Part shown: piece by piece, positions 35,981 through 50,900 of the stretch | How positions within the stretch are numbered: position 1 is the first letter of the stretch | How the letters are laid out: each line of letters opens with the position of its first letter | Assembly: GCA_001949185.1 (NCBI GenBank) | Contig: BDGG01000006.1 | Coordinates: 2,152,827 to 2,216,826, forward strand | Direction: 5' to 3' | Length of the DNA: 64,000 nucleotides | Source of the DNA: Ramazzottius varieornatus | Taxonomy: Eukaryota > Animalia > Tardigrada | Notes under the pieces: model-generated | The model's database searches: none | Seen by the model: the letters and a program-made list of their open reading frames with translations, nothing else | Told to the model about the DNA's origin: nothing | Program-made: the position numbers and the translations under genes

Positions 35981-38900
35981 AAATAAATGGGAGAGCTGAC
36001 TTCCTCTTTGATATGTTGCAATATTGCTTGGCCGATGGTCATTTTGCGCACACTGATTTTTTCGATGCATAGTGCCGCGAAAGTTGGGTGCTGCATGTAT
36101 ACCGAGTCTGATATAAAACTCGTCAATAAAATATTGTGAAAGGGCCTGGGCGAGGCACTGTGCCTCCTTGATGACCCTAAAGGTGGCGCTAGTGGCGAAT
36201 TGTGAAGATCCAGTAAGTTGCACTGGACAGTAGACCGAAACCAGCTGAAGTCTTGGCTAGACTGGTGCTGAATGCGAGATCAGTTTTCTCATATTCTGAG
36301 ATGAGGACAGTCAGGCTGCAGCAAAAGGCGTAGCGGGAAGGACAACTGTATGCGCTTTACCCCCTTTGCAGTCGGTGATATAGGAGATATGCCAAAGGAT
36401 ATAATTACCGCCCGATGCTGTTCCGTCGAATTGTTATCATTGGCCAATGTTGGCCGCTGGCTGTGAAATTCCGATTCATTTTTGTGTTTGGAGTTAATGA
36501 CATCGTTTGCGCTCCTATTTTCTCGGGACACCTTTGCTTGCCTACACCAATGTGCGCATGTATTCCCCGTTGTTTCACGCCTTCTGTTCATTTTAGCAGA
36601 GAATAAAAGAAGGCCTGTCAAAATGCTTTGCGTATGTTTGCAAGCTGGTAATTAATCTGACTAAATTGGTCATTGTTCTCGTCCAGAGTAGCAAGCGAGG
36701 CTTCCAGTTCCCACAAACAAGCCCACACTTTGTTTGCTTATTATCCCTACAAGTAGCCACCACCACCCATGGACACCAGAAGAAAAGGTGCAAAAATAAT
36801 GGCCGATAATTTCAAGCAGAGATTAATTGTATAATGGATACGGAACTGAGGTTGGTCAAGTGGGTTGGCAACACTGACGACCATTCTTCATCGGACTGTC
36901 TACACACGCAATTGGAGTGTTTCTGGGAACCAAACAATCTGCTTTCAACGGCAGCCAGAGCGCCACCTATAAAAAAACCGATCTATCGCCGTTCCATCAG
37001 TTTTTTTCTTTCACCTCAAGATGAATATAACTGCGCAATCGTAGAACAAGGAAAAGGGGGTTTTTACTCAGTAATTTTGCGAACTGTTTCACAGTATTTG
37101 ATAATGGTTCGGTACAGGAGTATGCCTGCTTCTCGATGGATCTCGAACTCGTTTGCCGTTTTGCAACAATTTGTTATTGCCACTTTGTCGGAAATTGGAT
37201 GATCGATATTGTGTAATCTCGTAGACAGCGGCCATAACATCTGATACAGTGTCCAGCCAGATACGGGACGATGAGCCGGACAGCAAAGTCAGCCAAATGC
37301 TCGTTTAGCAACATCGAGGCAGAAGTCAATACGAAGAATGGCAACAACAACATCCGCTGCTTCTGCCTTATGGCCCATAACTGTTCAACTGGACAGTGCA
37401 GCTAATTTTGTGATTAATCTATTCAATCGCCATTAGACTGTTCAAACTTGGCACGACAAAGAAAAGAGACTCGTATTATGGCATGTCGGCATTTGCTGGA
37501 GCAAAGCGGCCTCCACAAATCGGAAATTACGTCCACCATGCATAATACACTTGGTAGTCTGCCGGCCAGTTTTATCCCGGACGTGAACGAAGGCGGCCAA
37601 CGGCTCATCTTCCCCAATACCGAGAGACGAGCTGGGGAGATAAAATACCGGATGGAGGGATAAAGTTTCGCACCGCACGTGTCCAGTGGTCGACAGTTGG
37701 TCACAAGATCCAGCTCAACGCTCCGCTGAGCTTGATATTAGCCATGTTCCCAGGATCCCAATAAAATGTAATTGAGTCATGAAATCTTCTTCCCTTTCCA
37801 CTCCAAATAAATTCGATCTCCACAATTCAAACAAGGGTAACCCGAAAGAAGAACGAAATGCGGACCAGCAACCCGGAATCGGAAGTCTTCAGGAATGAGT
37901 TTGTTCCTCTCCGAAAATATACCGAATCTCTCTTTGCAAGTCGATCCTATAAGCTACGTCCGAATTTGTAGCGCTATTCTGCTGTTCGAATTTTCTTGAA
38001 ATACTGGTTTGAAATTTTGTAATACAGAAAGTTTTGCACTGGTGCGACTCAGTGTGATCTGGACATTGCAGGGATAAGTCTCCCATATTGTGTAGAAGAG
38101 ATGTCCGATATGGCATCCATTTTGCACATCATTCAATATTGCGGTTGGGATTAAACGAGTCTATGGGGATTAATCAGAAGCCTATAATAATCACGTTGTG
38201 TCCCTAAGCCGGATTTTACTTTTGCTGGACAAAGCCGGTTCTTCGCAAAGCGTTGCCTGATGTAAAGCGAGGTTAGCACCTTTGTCCACGCTTGGCTTCT
38301 GTGCCATTGGAGGAAGCTAATTCAACGATAAATATCGCTAACTGCCATCTGCGAAGTTTGACCAAGCACAGGGCTCAATCTTCACAGTTTTCACAAAATG
38401 ACCACATCAATCCTTTATCGGACTTTTGAGCACAACACCATCAAGGGCTCTCATGTGTCCATTACAAACGGGTGCAATCTGCCAGAAGCCATCGCGCCTT
38501 GTGATTTAGTGCTTCCTTCAAGATGTGTAAAGACGTCCATCCGGATGGTTGGTTGCTGACGCTGACCACCACTGGGAGAACGTCAAAAGCAAAAGTGCCC
38601 TATCGAAAACCACTTGGGTTTCTAGTTGAGGTGGCCGTTTTGTTGCCAAGTGTCGGACGATGTTCGAGCAGTTCGAGACAGGACTGACTGGTGCAATCAG
38701 TACCATGAGTCGACATCCAAGAGCTGTCCAGAGGCCTTTCTTGTTCGGTGGACGTTCTTGCTACTCGCGCAGTAAAGCCAGAAAAATTTCAGGCTCCTAA
38801 ATGCAAGTGTCCGATTATTTTTCCGTACTTTTCTACCTTGTTTAAAAACTAATCGTCCTGAACACCTCCGTTAGAAGCTGTGTCTTGAGACTGTCGTACG

Positions 38901-41900
38901 TTTATGAAGCGGCACAGGCACCAATAGCCCCTGGTTCACGTAAATATCTCGCTTTGCTACAAGTTATCAGATACTGTAACAGCCGGACACTCAACAGTCT
39001 GGAAAAACGTTTCCTGTTTGCGCACTGAAAAAGGTAGTGGTATAGGGAGCAGGCTGGTCTTCTCGTACAGCACAGCACAGCACGTCCCCCATGCAACCCT
39101 GAAGTAATGTCAAGATTTCTCCTGTGTCAATAAAGTTTTCAGGGTCAACGTTGCACTTTAGACTTTGGTTAACAATCGATACTGACTCGCTCAAGACATT
39201 CTTTGAATACTGGCTCGCGATTATGACAGTTCGATTGTGAATGTGGTCAGCGCTATTTTGTCTGCTTTTCCTGCACGTGAGCAAAGATTGATTTTACATT
39301 GCCTGCCTTCTTATCAACCTTTACCTGATGAAACGTCTCCTCGATAGCGAAGGCACGAAAGTAAAAGCTGCCTTAAAACTTGTCAAAAGGCTCTTACGCA
39401 AAGCTTTGTCCGGTTCTTCAAAAGGTGTGGACAAATGTTTTCCTTGAGTGTTACCTGCGCAAAATCTCGCTCGGCTGTGTTGACATAGCGGACCGGAAGA
39501 CTCACGTCACGCATTATCAAGCCGTCATAACAATTTTGCTTGTGAGGTCGGCTGTTTGTATTTTAATGGCCGCTTTTACAAAAAACACCGGCCACCGTTT
39601 AATGGACCACAACAAGCGGCAGCGGGCTGTGGCGGCTAACCTCTCCGTCGCTCGCCGAACTTTTTTCACTATTTATACAAGTTCGTAACAGCTCGCTAGG
39701 TTTACGAATCCTTCGTAACTCAAGTGGATCACATTGTTTTCCTACCGCCTTCAAACACACCGAGGAAAATCCACAGGAAAATAGCGTGAACAGAACCGAA
39801 GACACCATGGCCAATCAAGTCTGTCAATCAAGCGCGGTAGACCGACTACTTCGAAGTCCAGCGGTCCGGAGAGACGCCGCAGTAAGGAGAGAACAAGACA
39901 GGACAACGTGGTTTATCAATCAAGTTCCTCAATCAGCTCATCCGAGTCCATCTGCGTCAGCGATCGATTTTAAATGGAGTCTGTATAGCGACCAATCGAA
40001 GGAAGGGCGACAGGCGATACGCAATGTTAATTGGCTACCAGGTGTCCGAGTTGGGCCAGTGGGTGGGGCTTGCTTGCGGTGAGTGCGGCAAGCAGTAATG
40101 GACAAAGCGCGTGAGACAGGACAAAAACACAACAGCAGTTGTGCGTTCCCATCGTTTGATCCTCAGCCCTCCGTACTGCCACTTCCTGCGGTTACAACTC
40201 TTTTCTCGCACTTTTCCCTCTCGAAAATTATTCTTGCCGACAACAGTCAGGGTGCAGATGTCGATGTGACTTTCCCAATTGACTTTCTAATCCAGGAGTG
40301 GGATATTTTTCCAGCTTAAGCCAATCTTCCCTACGTACCTTCCTCAACTTTCCATCTCTTGTTCTTCAACTCGGATCTTCCCCACGGATCATCGTGAATC
40401 TTCGCCGGATTCCATCCCTTTCTCCCCAAAGCCTGCTTTACGTAACTCCGGACGTGTCCGTTCGACAAAGCTATCCAGTCCTGGAATATCTTTCAGGAAC
40501 GAATGTGAGGTAAGGCTTGAGAGCAACTATTCGTGGATAGAGTTTCTCGTTGTCTTTTCCTGGATTCCTGTATCGGACTTGAGTGACGGAGATGTGCAGC
40601 CCAGCTGTGAGGTTTTAAGATAGTAGTGTCGGGGTGGTGGATGGTCAAGTTTGAAGTTGATGGCTGGTCATGTCGTTTACGGCGAGTGAGAAAGGTAAAT
40701 AGCGCACTCTTGAGGTTATTACTGACAAGTGCCTTCCTTTTCTGCAACGTTGGACGCTCTAGCTTGGCTTCCTCGCAATGTCTTCTTTCACTCGTCCTGT
40801 TTACACAATGTTTACTTGCAGATGCGCTTTCACGGCTGTTTGGTCAAGCTCAAGACCAATATCGTTAAAGCAGTATCGTCGCCTTTACCTCATGTCTTTC
40901 AGATTTCCGCGGTCAACGCATAAACCCTTGGTGGGAAAAACAGACAACTTGTCGTCGTATCCCATTTCTAGCGGTAGACGTAGAAAAAACTCGGTACTCG
41001 TCAGTGAATTCCAACAGCTACAAATTTATTTGGAACTCTAGTAATTATTTCCACGCGATTCGAACCAAATTCGGCATATTGCCAGACTCTGAATCTGAAA
41101 TGAAAGCGGTTAGTGTTTTCTTCGGGTGTCCCATTACGTAAATCCACTTCAGATAATCTATCGGTGATTAAATGGGGTACTTCAGGGAGGAACACTTGAT
41201 ATCGCTCATACTTTTGAAGCTGGATAGGGACATGTGGAACCTTGAAGGATTGCATTCTGTGGAAGTTTCATGAGCTGTCGACCCTTACCAGCATGAAGTT
41301 CTGGAAGAATTTATGGGTTGCGTTGGACCGGAAACAATTTTCATGTGAGCGTAATGACGGCTCGTGTGTTATATTGTTTGCGTTTAGTCATTTTTCTACG
41401 GACGAACCCTTCGATAATCGATCCATTGAGTAAAGAACATTGGGGCTATTTACTTGGTGTAATATTTGCTAAATTATATTCCGTGTTTAAAATCATCATC
41501 TGTTGCGAGGATTTCCGCATGGTTTTACAGCGTCGATATTCTGTTTGTGTGGCGCACATAGAGAACAGCTTTGGACGCTGGCTGTAGGTGTTTGTGCGTA
41601 TTCAGGAACCAGAGTCCTTTTCCATGTTCAAAGTATAGCCCCGATGAAGGACTTCGAACGAGGATCTGGTTCGCGACCCGTAGGTAGAACGTCAATACGA
41701 CGCAATAGTAATCTCGATAAAAAGAAGCCCTAGGTAAGGCACCGGATTTGCGGATCAGTCAATGATAGCGGGCTCAAGTGAATCAAATGGATTTTCCGGC
41801 TATATTCACAGATGGAATTGTCCGTGATGCGCAGTTGTGGTTTCACGTTCGACGACTTAAACCGTTCAAATATGCTCGATTGTTTGCCCTGTGAAGGTGA

Positions 41901-44900
41901 TATGCACCGACTGTCAGTCAAGCAAAAACCAACCTACAAATATCGAACAGCCCCTGCGTATTTTCCTTTGAGCTGAACAGTTCACGTGAAATTGCTCGTT
42001 CTTCCCCTACCATTTTTCTACGAAGTCTTCATACAATTGCCTACTTTTGAAATACTCGATAACACTCAAGCCACGTTTAGTGGAGTTCGGTATCGAAAGA
42101 AAAATTTTTTTTGGGTCCATGTTCCCGTGATTATGGATGACAAGAGGGTTTTCCGCTTTTTTTGCTTTCAAGGAAGACCATGGTCCCACCTGGACTTTTC
42201 ATGGCGGTCATATGCAGACCATGGCTTGCGCCGTAACATCTATCGTCTGACATTCTTTCAAAATCTTTTTACGATGTCTAATTGAGCAATAGCGGTGCGG
42301 TCCTCTTGAAGCTTCCCTTTGTCACTGCTTGCTCATTAACATCACACAAAGCGACGACAGCAGGTTGCGGTGATCCCCCAAGCTTTGGTTTATGTAACCA
42401 CTCATGTCTCCCCTTATTGTTCCTCAGAGAATGGTATGTCGTAATGGCCCAAACGATTGGTGTTTTCTTTGGCATCCCAAAGCCCTCGAAAGAAGCACAG
42501 ATGAGCTCATCAGCGTGTTACTCTTTTGTGAATGAAGAAACAGCGCAAGAAGCGAAGAAATTTGTGCTGACCACACCTTGCTGTCGTCTATCCTCTTCGC
42601 CAGCCTTTTGTCTTATTCAATCGAGCAGGATTTATCGCGCTGTCTCGTCGACGGTCCCGTAGTCTTTTACTGCCGGTAAATCTATCAAGACGAGTGGAAT
42701 TTATGACCATCTTGAGCCTCAATCAGCTTTGAAGAACCCTTTTATTGTCTCGCGACAGCCTGTTGTCGGTGAGCAAACAGTTCGCACGAGGTTCGTTTCT
42801 AGGGCCATCAAAATTTCGCAACAAATACCGGGAAAAGCAGGCGACAACAGTGGGAGGTCCGAAGGTTCAAAAAATCAAGCTGAGGGATGATAAGAATGAA
42901 TGAAGTCATGAGGTGCTCTTTTATGGTTCGGTTGAGCGATAAAGAGTTTGAAAAAGACTGTCCATTAAAAGTTCATCCATTATGTGGGCAGCTGAATCAG
43001 CGGTTAAATCACGGGCAAATGGGCAAAGATAGGCCGGTAAGAGGCAGAAGTGCGAAGAAGAGGCCGTAAAGTTGATTGATGAGGCGGATGGACTTGAGAA
43101 GCTTTGTCAAGCCTGCGCGTTTAAAACCATTTAGCCCATCCACCATCTTCACGCTACAAATTCCTGACCGGCGCAATCTGGCAGGGATTATAATGGATGA
43201 AATAACGGGTCGTTCTCTTAGTTCTGTTCGCTACAAAATGACAGTCATTGGATATCCCTTCCACGCACCGTAGACTTTGAAGTGCGAGATAAGGTGGACA
43301 TTTGTGGACGCCTTCCCTTGACAGCTGCAAAATGTTATCTGAGGGCTTTCTTTTGTCATCCTCTTTAGCATTTGATCACTTTGCCTTGTTGGCTGGGCCT
43401 TTCGCTCTTTTCCATTGTTGGTGATCTGTCAGCGGGACCGCTGGCGGGATGACCATCAAGCTGTAAGCAGGACGTATCGCTCTATGGGTTTAGCATCTAA
43501 ATGAACTGTCATATCCCTCCCCTGCTAGCCATCGCACCTGGCTATCAAAAACCTTGCCAGCCTACCGTGAAATAAAGGCGCCGATCATTGCGGTAGAAAA
43601 TCAGGTTGGCAAGACTCCACCATATAGAACCAAGGCGCGATCTTTTAATTCAGCATCTCTCGTAGAATATTGTCCCTGTAGATCCTCCTCCTGTTCGATA
43701 ACCGGAGAAAGACTTCTCATGCAGGGCAAAACTACACTGTGGGGATCATCTTAGGGTGTGGCGAGAAAGGAAAAGCGTGTGCGGGTCCCTTCTTATTTTC
43801 CGTCGTCTGTCTTACAGTACACATGAGATGCAACTACGTCTTCGCGTCCTGCTTTATTTCAAGTCTCAGAGAAGAGCTCGACCACAATTCAGAAAAAGCT
43901 ACATAGAAAATGTTAGCTTATAGTATCTCACTTGCATAGTATCTGGTTTGCATTACGAAATCACCATTGCATCTGTGTACCTTCCCTGCTCATGTCGGCA
44001 CAGCTACTGCCCAGCTTCTGCCCAGCTAATGAGCCACCTGAAAGCTGCTAAGGCTGTGGTCAGTGCCGCTTGGAGTGGAGGTATTAAAACCGGGGTAATA
44101 TTTATGGCGATTACCAACCGTTGAGCAGATTAGCTCCATATGATATGCCCGTATGTGTACCTGGCCTAATGGCTAAGCAGCCATCGGGCCAGCTTATCGT
44201 AATTAAAGGGCCTCACAGCGCTTCGGACATCTCCTCTATCCTTCCTCCATTACCACCACTTCAGATTTCCCCTCAATCTGCCACTTTTTACGCGGTCCAG
44301 GTACATCACAAGAGGTCATTCCTCGCTTGGCTGAGTATGAGCTGTACCCAGCTGTACATAGTGGCGCCTCTGTTCCGCCATTCGAAATACCGTAGAATAA
44401 TGTTGAAATTAATCCGGCAAACAACTTACAGCCGCTAGCACAAACTCAGACTTTGAGAGTAATTTTTCGATCAAAAACTCTGCGTATAAGTTCATTCGGG
44501 AAATCGTGAAATATCCTGGGTCGGAGAAAGCAACAGGGAAACCGGTCTCGTGCGAGCAATGCTGTACTTGACCATCTGTTTTCACTTTACATAGATCACT
44601 GTCCGACTTTCGAGCGCGTAATCAATCTGCATTTCAACAAGAAGCACCACTGGTCACTGTCACTTTCACAAATCTAAATTGGGTTAAATTTCGCGGCAGT
44701 AATGAATTTCAGAAATCAAGAAGTGCGTCTGGCTACTGGTCAGTTGGGTGAAAGAAGAGGAGGGGTGTTATTGGCGTATTTCTAATTTAGTTGCATGTGG
44801 TGGAATTGGTTAGCTAGCGTGGTTTGAGTAACGTTACTCCTGTATCTGGCTTCAGTTACGCCGATGCGGAAGCCTGTGCTGTATCGTCTCGTGTTTATCT

Positions 44901-47900
44901 CAAGTGACGAGTGAAGCTATCGAATGTAAAATGGATGATGTTATTGACGAATATGCCCTATAGAGCTGCTTTGATTAGTTGACCCGATATGTTGACAAGA
45001 CGCGCGGCGTGAAGAAGACGAGCATAGCGCATAAGCGCAATGTGTAACCCAATCAGTTCCTTTCCGCCTTTTTACCAATGCTCGAACATGTCTTTCCTCT
45101 TTACACATATCCGAGACACCGCACTCGAGCGACGATTTTCGCACGAAAGCTGACACAGATAACCCGTGAAAATAAGTCATGCTGGAGGTCGTTGTTGTGA
45201 AAGACGAGATGCCATTTTTCGCATTTTCTGACATTTTTCTACGCTTGCTCCGAGGAAGAAGAATGCGTCAATGCCACGAACGACTCTGAACCTTGGGTCA
45301 GTTTGCTCAACACAGTATAAGAGGCCCCTCGCCATGTTTGCCATACCTCTTGACGAGTATACAAGCCATAGCTAGCGATCTGCCACTTGAACGTGCTTCC
45401 GTTCCTACAATAAGATTACGCCAAGTGCCAAGTGGCGACTTTTTGGACAGGCCGCACATCACATATAAAGAAGCCAACGTGTACACAACATCTCGAGCAA
45501 AGTCCCCAGTAGCCTCTCGTCAATGCTTCGAATTGATTAATTGCCACTTTGTCATCCACCTCACCAATCTGCGGCTGACGTGTGGTAAGAGACTCGCTCG
45601 CCGTAGCACTTTTGGTGAACACAATACCTTTCTTTCAGAAAAAAAAGTCCCAAATCAGTTCTGCAAACTTTATCAGTTTTTTGTGTTACGAACGTCGAAG
45701 GCTCGATCGCCTGCTCGATAGCTTTTCAATCGAACAAGGAAGTAGTGTGTAAATTTACAGCAGATGTAGATCAGTCAATCAAGTGTGAATTTCTGAATGG
45801 CTGTAAGGAGTTAAGAAGGGGCGGATGTTTTGGGATTGAAACGTGATCGAAAATCGGGCATTCTTCGCGGTCGCCACAGTTGCATATCAACACCATTTAA
45901 TCACGGTGCTACAAGGCTGTTTAAACTTTAAACATATGGTAACGAGGCGCTGGCCGACAAGTTTATAATTGCATTGTTCCACAAATAGCGGCCATCAGAT
46001 CAGAATGCTTCATCAGGCGATACAAGAAGGGTCGGTCAGTAACGGAGACTGAAGGCGTCAAAAGTGAGCACGCAAGGATGATGAATTGCTTGACATGTTT
46101 GGTCGATCGACGATAACTGGAATTGGTCAAACGGGAAGAGACAGTGGCCGGCCACTGGTTATTTTCGTCAGAGCGATCCGTGCAGCGTCTTGCGCTACAA
46201 GCTTTGCATATTATCCATTTAAGTAGACAGTGGACATTATCAGATCTAAGGATGAATGCGGCCACGGGCCATTTATTATTGATTAGAGCAAGAAGGGAAC
46301 GGGAAACAGTTGGCCCTTTTGACAGCTGGAAAGGAAAAGGGAAGAAGGAAACGGGATAACTTGTCAGCCTTCCTTCCTCGAAATAGGAAAATGGAAATCA
46401 GGCGCTCGCTGGTCTTCACTCAGCTGGACCAAAGACTCTTGTGGTCACTTCCCACGGGACCAGGATAAACTGAATTCGATACTGACCGGCGAACCATTCG
46501 ACAGGCCGCGTGCTTCCCCTCACTCCTGTTCAGAGCTTCAATGTCTACTAAATTCGACAACATCGTAGAAAAATAATAGTTTTGATCGCGGGAATGATAA
46601 AATGGTGCATGGCGTTCCACAAGACCAAATTCTTCAGGGTCTAGTCTGTCAAACAAAGGCAACCAGGAAGTTTTTGGACTTGATCTGCTGCCAATTCGCC
46701 GGAACTTTCTCGCTCCTCAACAAGGGACAGGGGAAGACCAGACACATTAGATCCATTCTGGATGGTGCGGTACATTGGCCGGTGTAGCATCCCTCGGAGG
46801 TTTGTCTTCTGGTGACTTGGCCATCTTTGGATCCACTCCAGGACATCTGTCTTAGCCTCCGCTGTGCGGCCACAGGAGTGCGCGACCCAGGGTGCTTCCG
46901 TAAGGGATTGAGCGTCGAGGCTGGTCAATTATCGCGTCGGGGACTAGTGACTGGGCCTATTGTCGTCCTATCCACTTCCCCACCCCTAGCACCCACGCTG
47001 TGTTGCCATTATGGGAAATTGCTGACAAAAACATAGCAAACCTCATTGGAGCCTCAATGGATGAAAAGTCCGCAGCTGACCACTGAAGCTGGTAATTAAC
47101 ACTCCCTGTACAATTAACAGCTTTGTCAATGCACTGAATGGCAAATGCCATTGCAATATGGCGCGGAAATTGAATTCGCCAATTTACCCGTATCTAATAA
47201 TATTCAGAAATATTAGCTAGAGCCAACTGCATCGCGCGGAAAAACGAACCGTAACAGTGGAAATATCCAACAAAAAATATCTGGGTTGTACTGTGTATTC
47301 GGAATTTTTTTCTTGTGCGTCGTAAATTATTGAAATTTAATTAATGAATTCGGAAGTAGCATAGTAAAGCGGGGAGGTCAGTTAGCGGAAGGCGACGCGG
47401 TCTTCTTTACGGTTTTATGGCTTGGTCGGGCCGACTATTTATCGCTTTGGCACTTGTCTGATGGACTGTATCTACGTTTATATCTGCCCGAAATGAATTT
47501 ATGGCGCAGGTAATAAATCAGAAAGGGCACAAACCTGCAGAATTTTAATGCTTGTCGCAAGTGTTTTTTTCTGGTGATTTGGATGGCCGTAATAAAGGTA
47601 TACGACAGGTAGATGGGCCGATCTTGCTTACCTTCTCAAACTGGGCAGCTCATCAGACGGCCTGGTCATTTCTACACCCTAGGAAAAAGCAGCGAAAAGA
47701 TATACTGGCGGTAGGTTATCATAAATTAACCTTGACATTTTGCTGCAACATCGTGGTTCACGTGCATGCGAACAAATCCTCCTACGCCATATCAATCAAA
47801 CCACGTGCAGAGGGTCTTAGGTTCCCAGGCAAGGGGTAGCAGACCATTAACGACGATGTGGGTTCTTTAAAAAACCTCCGTACCTTGCTTCAAATATTCA

Positions 47901-50900
47901 GTATTGATCAGTATTAGGACGCTACGTTTTAGCGCAGAGTAGCCCACGTGGTACAGTGTACGTCGAGTATGAAGTAGAAGGAACATGCGTATCTCTGTAT
48001 CGTGCTGTACGATATTCGAGTCTGGCAGATCGGCTTTCCTATGTCCATTTCCGTGTAGCTCGAATAATAAGCGAACTGAACGGAGGAGAGAAGGAAGCCT
48101 ATTCCGGTTGTCTGTCTGTCCTGTCGAGCGTGTACTCTTTGACGGAGTTATCAACTGTGCAAACTTGACCAGCAGTAGCCAGCGCTGCTCTCGCTGTCAA
48201 CTCCGTCACTACCAGTTTGTCTTACTTTCTTGTTGCGAATTCTTGCTGAGATATTTCAGCGCCGTCGCTTCACCAAGCTTTTAGTCTGACTTTCGCCCTT
48301 GCATTGATGTACCGGTTTATGCTCTGCAGGAAAGGATTACCCCAACCACTGAGGAATTTTCAACGGGAGAAAAGTATAGCTGGAATTTCCTGTATCATCT
48401 TGCTTCCGGCTTAACCTTGAGCAGCTTTTGCCAGGTAAGCTCGAAATATTTTCCCAGCAGTCTTGTCTAGTGTTACCTTGCCAGATGATACAATGGAGTA
48501 CTGCTCAATTTATGGATTCTAATGGATGCGAACATTATTGATTGCAAAACGGGTCCATTGTGTCTTTGCAGCCATCGAATATTCAACAAGGAATCTCTCT
48601 TTCAAGTGTGTCAATCGGAGCGAATATTTACAAACGGTGAGTCTGGCAAATCTGGTAGATAGTAATCACCAGAGATTGTTTATGCGCGCCATCCACTTTG
48701 TGAAGGTCGGCAGTTTATTCTGGTGCACTTGTTATGCAAAACTGCCGTGTTCAGCCTTGTGGTGAATAATACCCGGCCTGCCTTTTGTCAAGAGCACTTT
48801 GCATGCACTTGCAGGCGCGATCATACTTTGCTTTTTTCCGTGTAACCAAAAACCACCGTATCGAACTACTGCCACAATGCGTTTGATGGGCAAAACAAGA
48901 GTGATGTAATGCCCATTTGCTGATGCAGAAGGCAATGCTGGATAATTTTTCTGTGGAGGGCTAATCGAATAATGCATTTTAATGGAGTTATCCATGGCCA
49001 TTGCGCCATCATGGTCGGGCCATATCGGCCTCATGTGTTGTGCAGGAAGTAAAATTTGCCGTAAGGGTCCTCTCTGCTTTCTTGTCGGGTCTACTTTGCA
49101 TCGTTTTGTACCTCGTCGTCGATCGTTTCAGCTTTGTGCGCACCCACACAGCAAATAACGAGGGAAGAGTGTTTTCTCACAGCACACGCTTTTCTTTTTC
49201 GTGTGTTTGCGCAGGGCAACGGCAGCTTTTTTAAAAATATTATCTCCGCACAAATTGACCAGATGTGCGAGCTGACACTGTCAAACAAGTTTTGGACACT
49301 TTAGTAATGAATTCGACTGCACCACATAAAGAAAGGCTAAAGGCACTTTAGCTTCTGCAACAGCCCCTCCGCTGTTGGCCTGGTCAAGATTGAGACATTT
49401 GATAAACGTCAGAAAATGGCGACGCTCAGAAATGTGATCTGTTGAGGATATGAAGTGATCTTTCCGTTTCCCTGCTGATCGGTTAACAAACTGGTTGCCG
49501 GCCTGTCTGCCGATCAAAATGTCGCAAAATTTGTGTATGATTCCACCATAATACTGCCAGTTTGCTACTGATACGCTTGCCAACGTTTTCTTAGTAGTAG
49601 GGTGTGCCCCTACCACCGCAGGTTAACACGACGGACGCAAGTTGTAGGCTCAGCACCAACTTGCTAGTTTCTTGCGCCTGATGTCATACCAAGCTTTCTC
49701 ATACCCGGGCTTTTAAAATTCCCTGTTTTCAAAACCGGTGGGTTGATCTCTGTGAAAGGAGCTGGCCTTGGGTGCAACTTTTCGAAGTCCGAATGATCGA
49801 TATGGGGAAGATTTGAAGCTCATTACGAAGGTCGAGGTATCGTGATTGATCTTTCTTGGGATATTTGAGCTTTTCTCAGCGGACAGGCTACAGGAATCTC
49901 TCCAAGAGGGTGAGGAATGGTCAAGCAGGGGGAAAATGAAAACGTGAGACGTGTAGGTGCTAGCCTGCGAAATGGCTTCTTCTTCAAGTTAGATGTGGAT
50001 CAGCAGACAGAAAAGGGGAAAGAGGGGGAAAGATGAGCATGTCAAAAGTGTTCGGATTGTGACATGTCGGACAAGCTCGGAAGGCACATCATGCAACGAT
50101 AACAACAGCTGTCTATGCTGGGAGAACTGGAGCATGGTCACCCTGCTTCTTGACCCTCCTTGTCTTTATCCCAGACTCTGCTGCATCTGTCTTCCTTCGA
50201 ACAGAGATGTATTACATTTCAAAGCGTTTGGCGTGAAATGGATGGCGAAAGTGGACATGTCGAGCAGGGGAAGGTTCCAAGACGAATGATGATAAAGACA
50301 CTTGTGAATTCGACTAATTAATACAACAGCGTTGAACGAAACGAGCAGATTAGGTCTCTTGTTCATTCTACCGCTCTCATCCTTATCTCTTCTCCAGATG
50401 TTTATGAACAAGCAAAAGTTTGCGGTAATTGTCCTTTTTATTCATTCATAGCACTGTCATTTGACACACCTCTTCACTGTCCCGACCAAAACATTCTCCA
50501 TTGAAGCTTCTCAGCTACCGAATTTCCCAAGCTGTTGATTGACCCCTTGGTCATTTTGAACAGGATGAACTCTTGCATGTCCTATTGCGTGACTTTGCTG
50601 TTGACGATGGTAACTGACTTTGCATCATCAGTGTGCTGAAAAGAGGCGTATGTGCGAAACGGACACAAGGACACAATCGGATATTTCGCGCATATGAAAA
50701 TATGCCGGCTAGAATGTGGTTAATTGCCGATATTTCGCTGTTCACACGTCGCATGCATTCAGTGTATTCAACCCACTATTTACTAGCCGTTAGCTGAAGC
50801 CGGCCCTTCCTCCTCCTCACTCACAGTCTCACCATCAACAGCTTCCATATCACACCCACCTTTCCCCCAAGGCCAAAACAGACCTTCGTGTCAGTTACCG

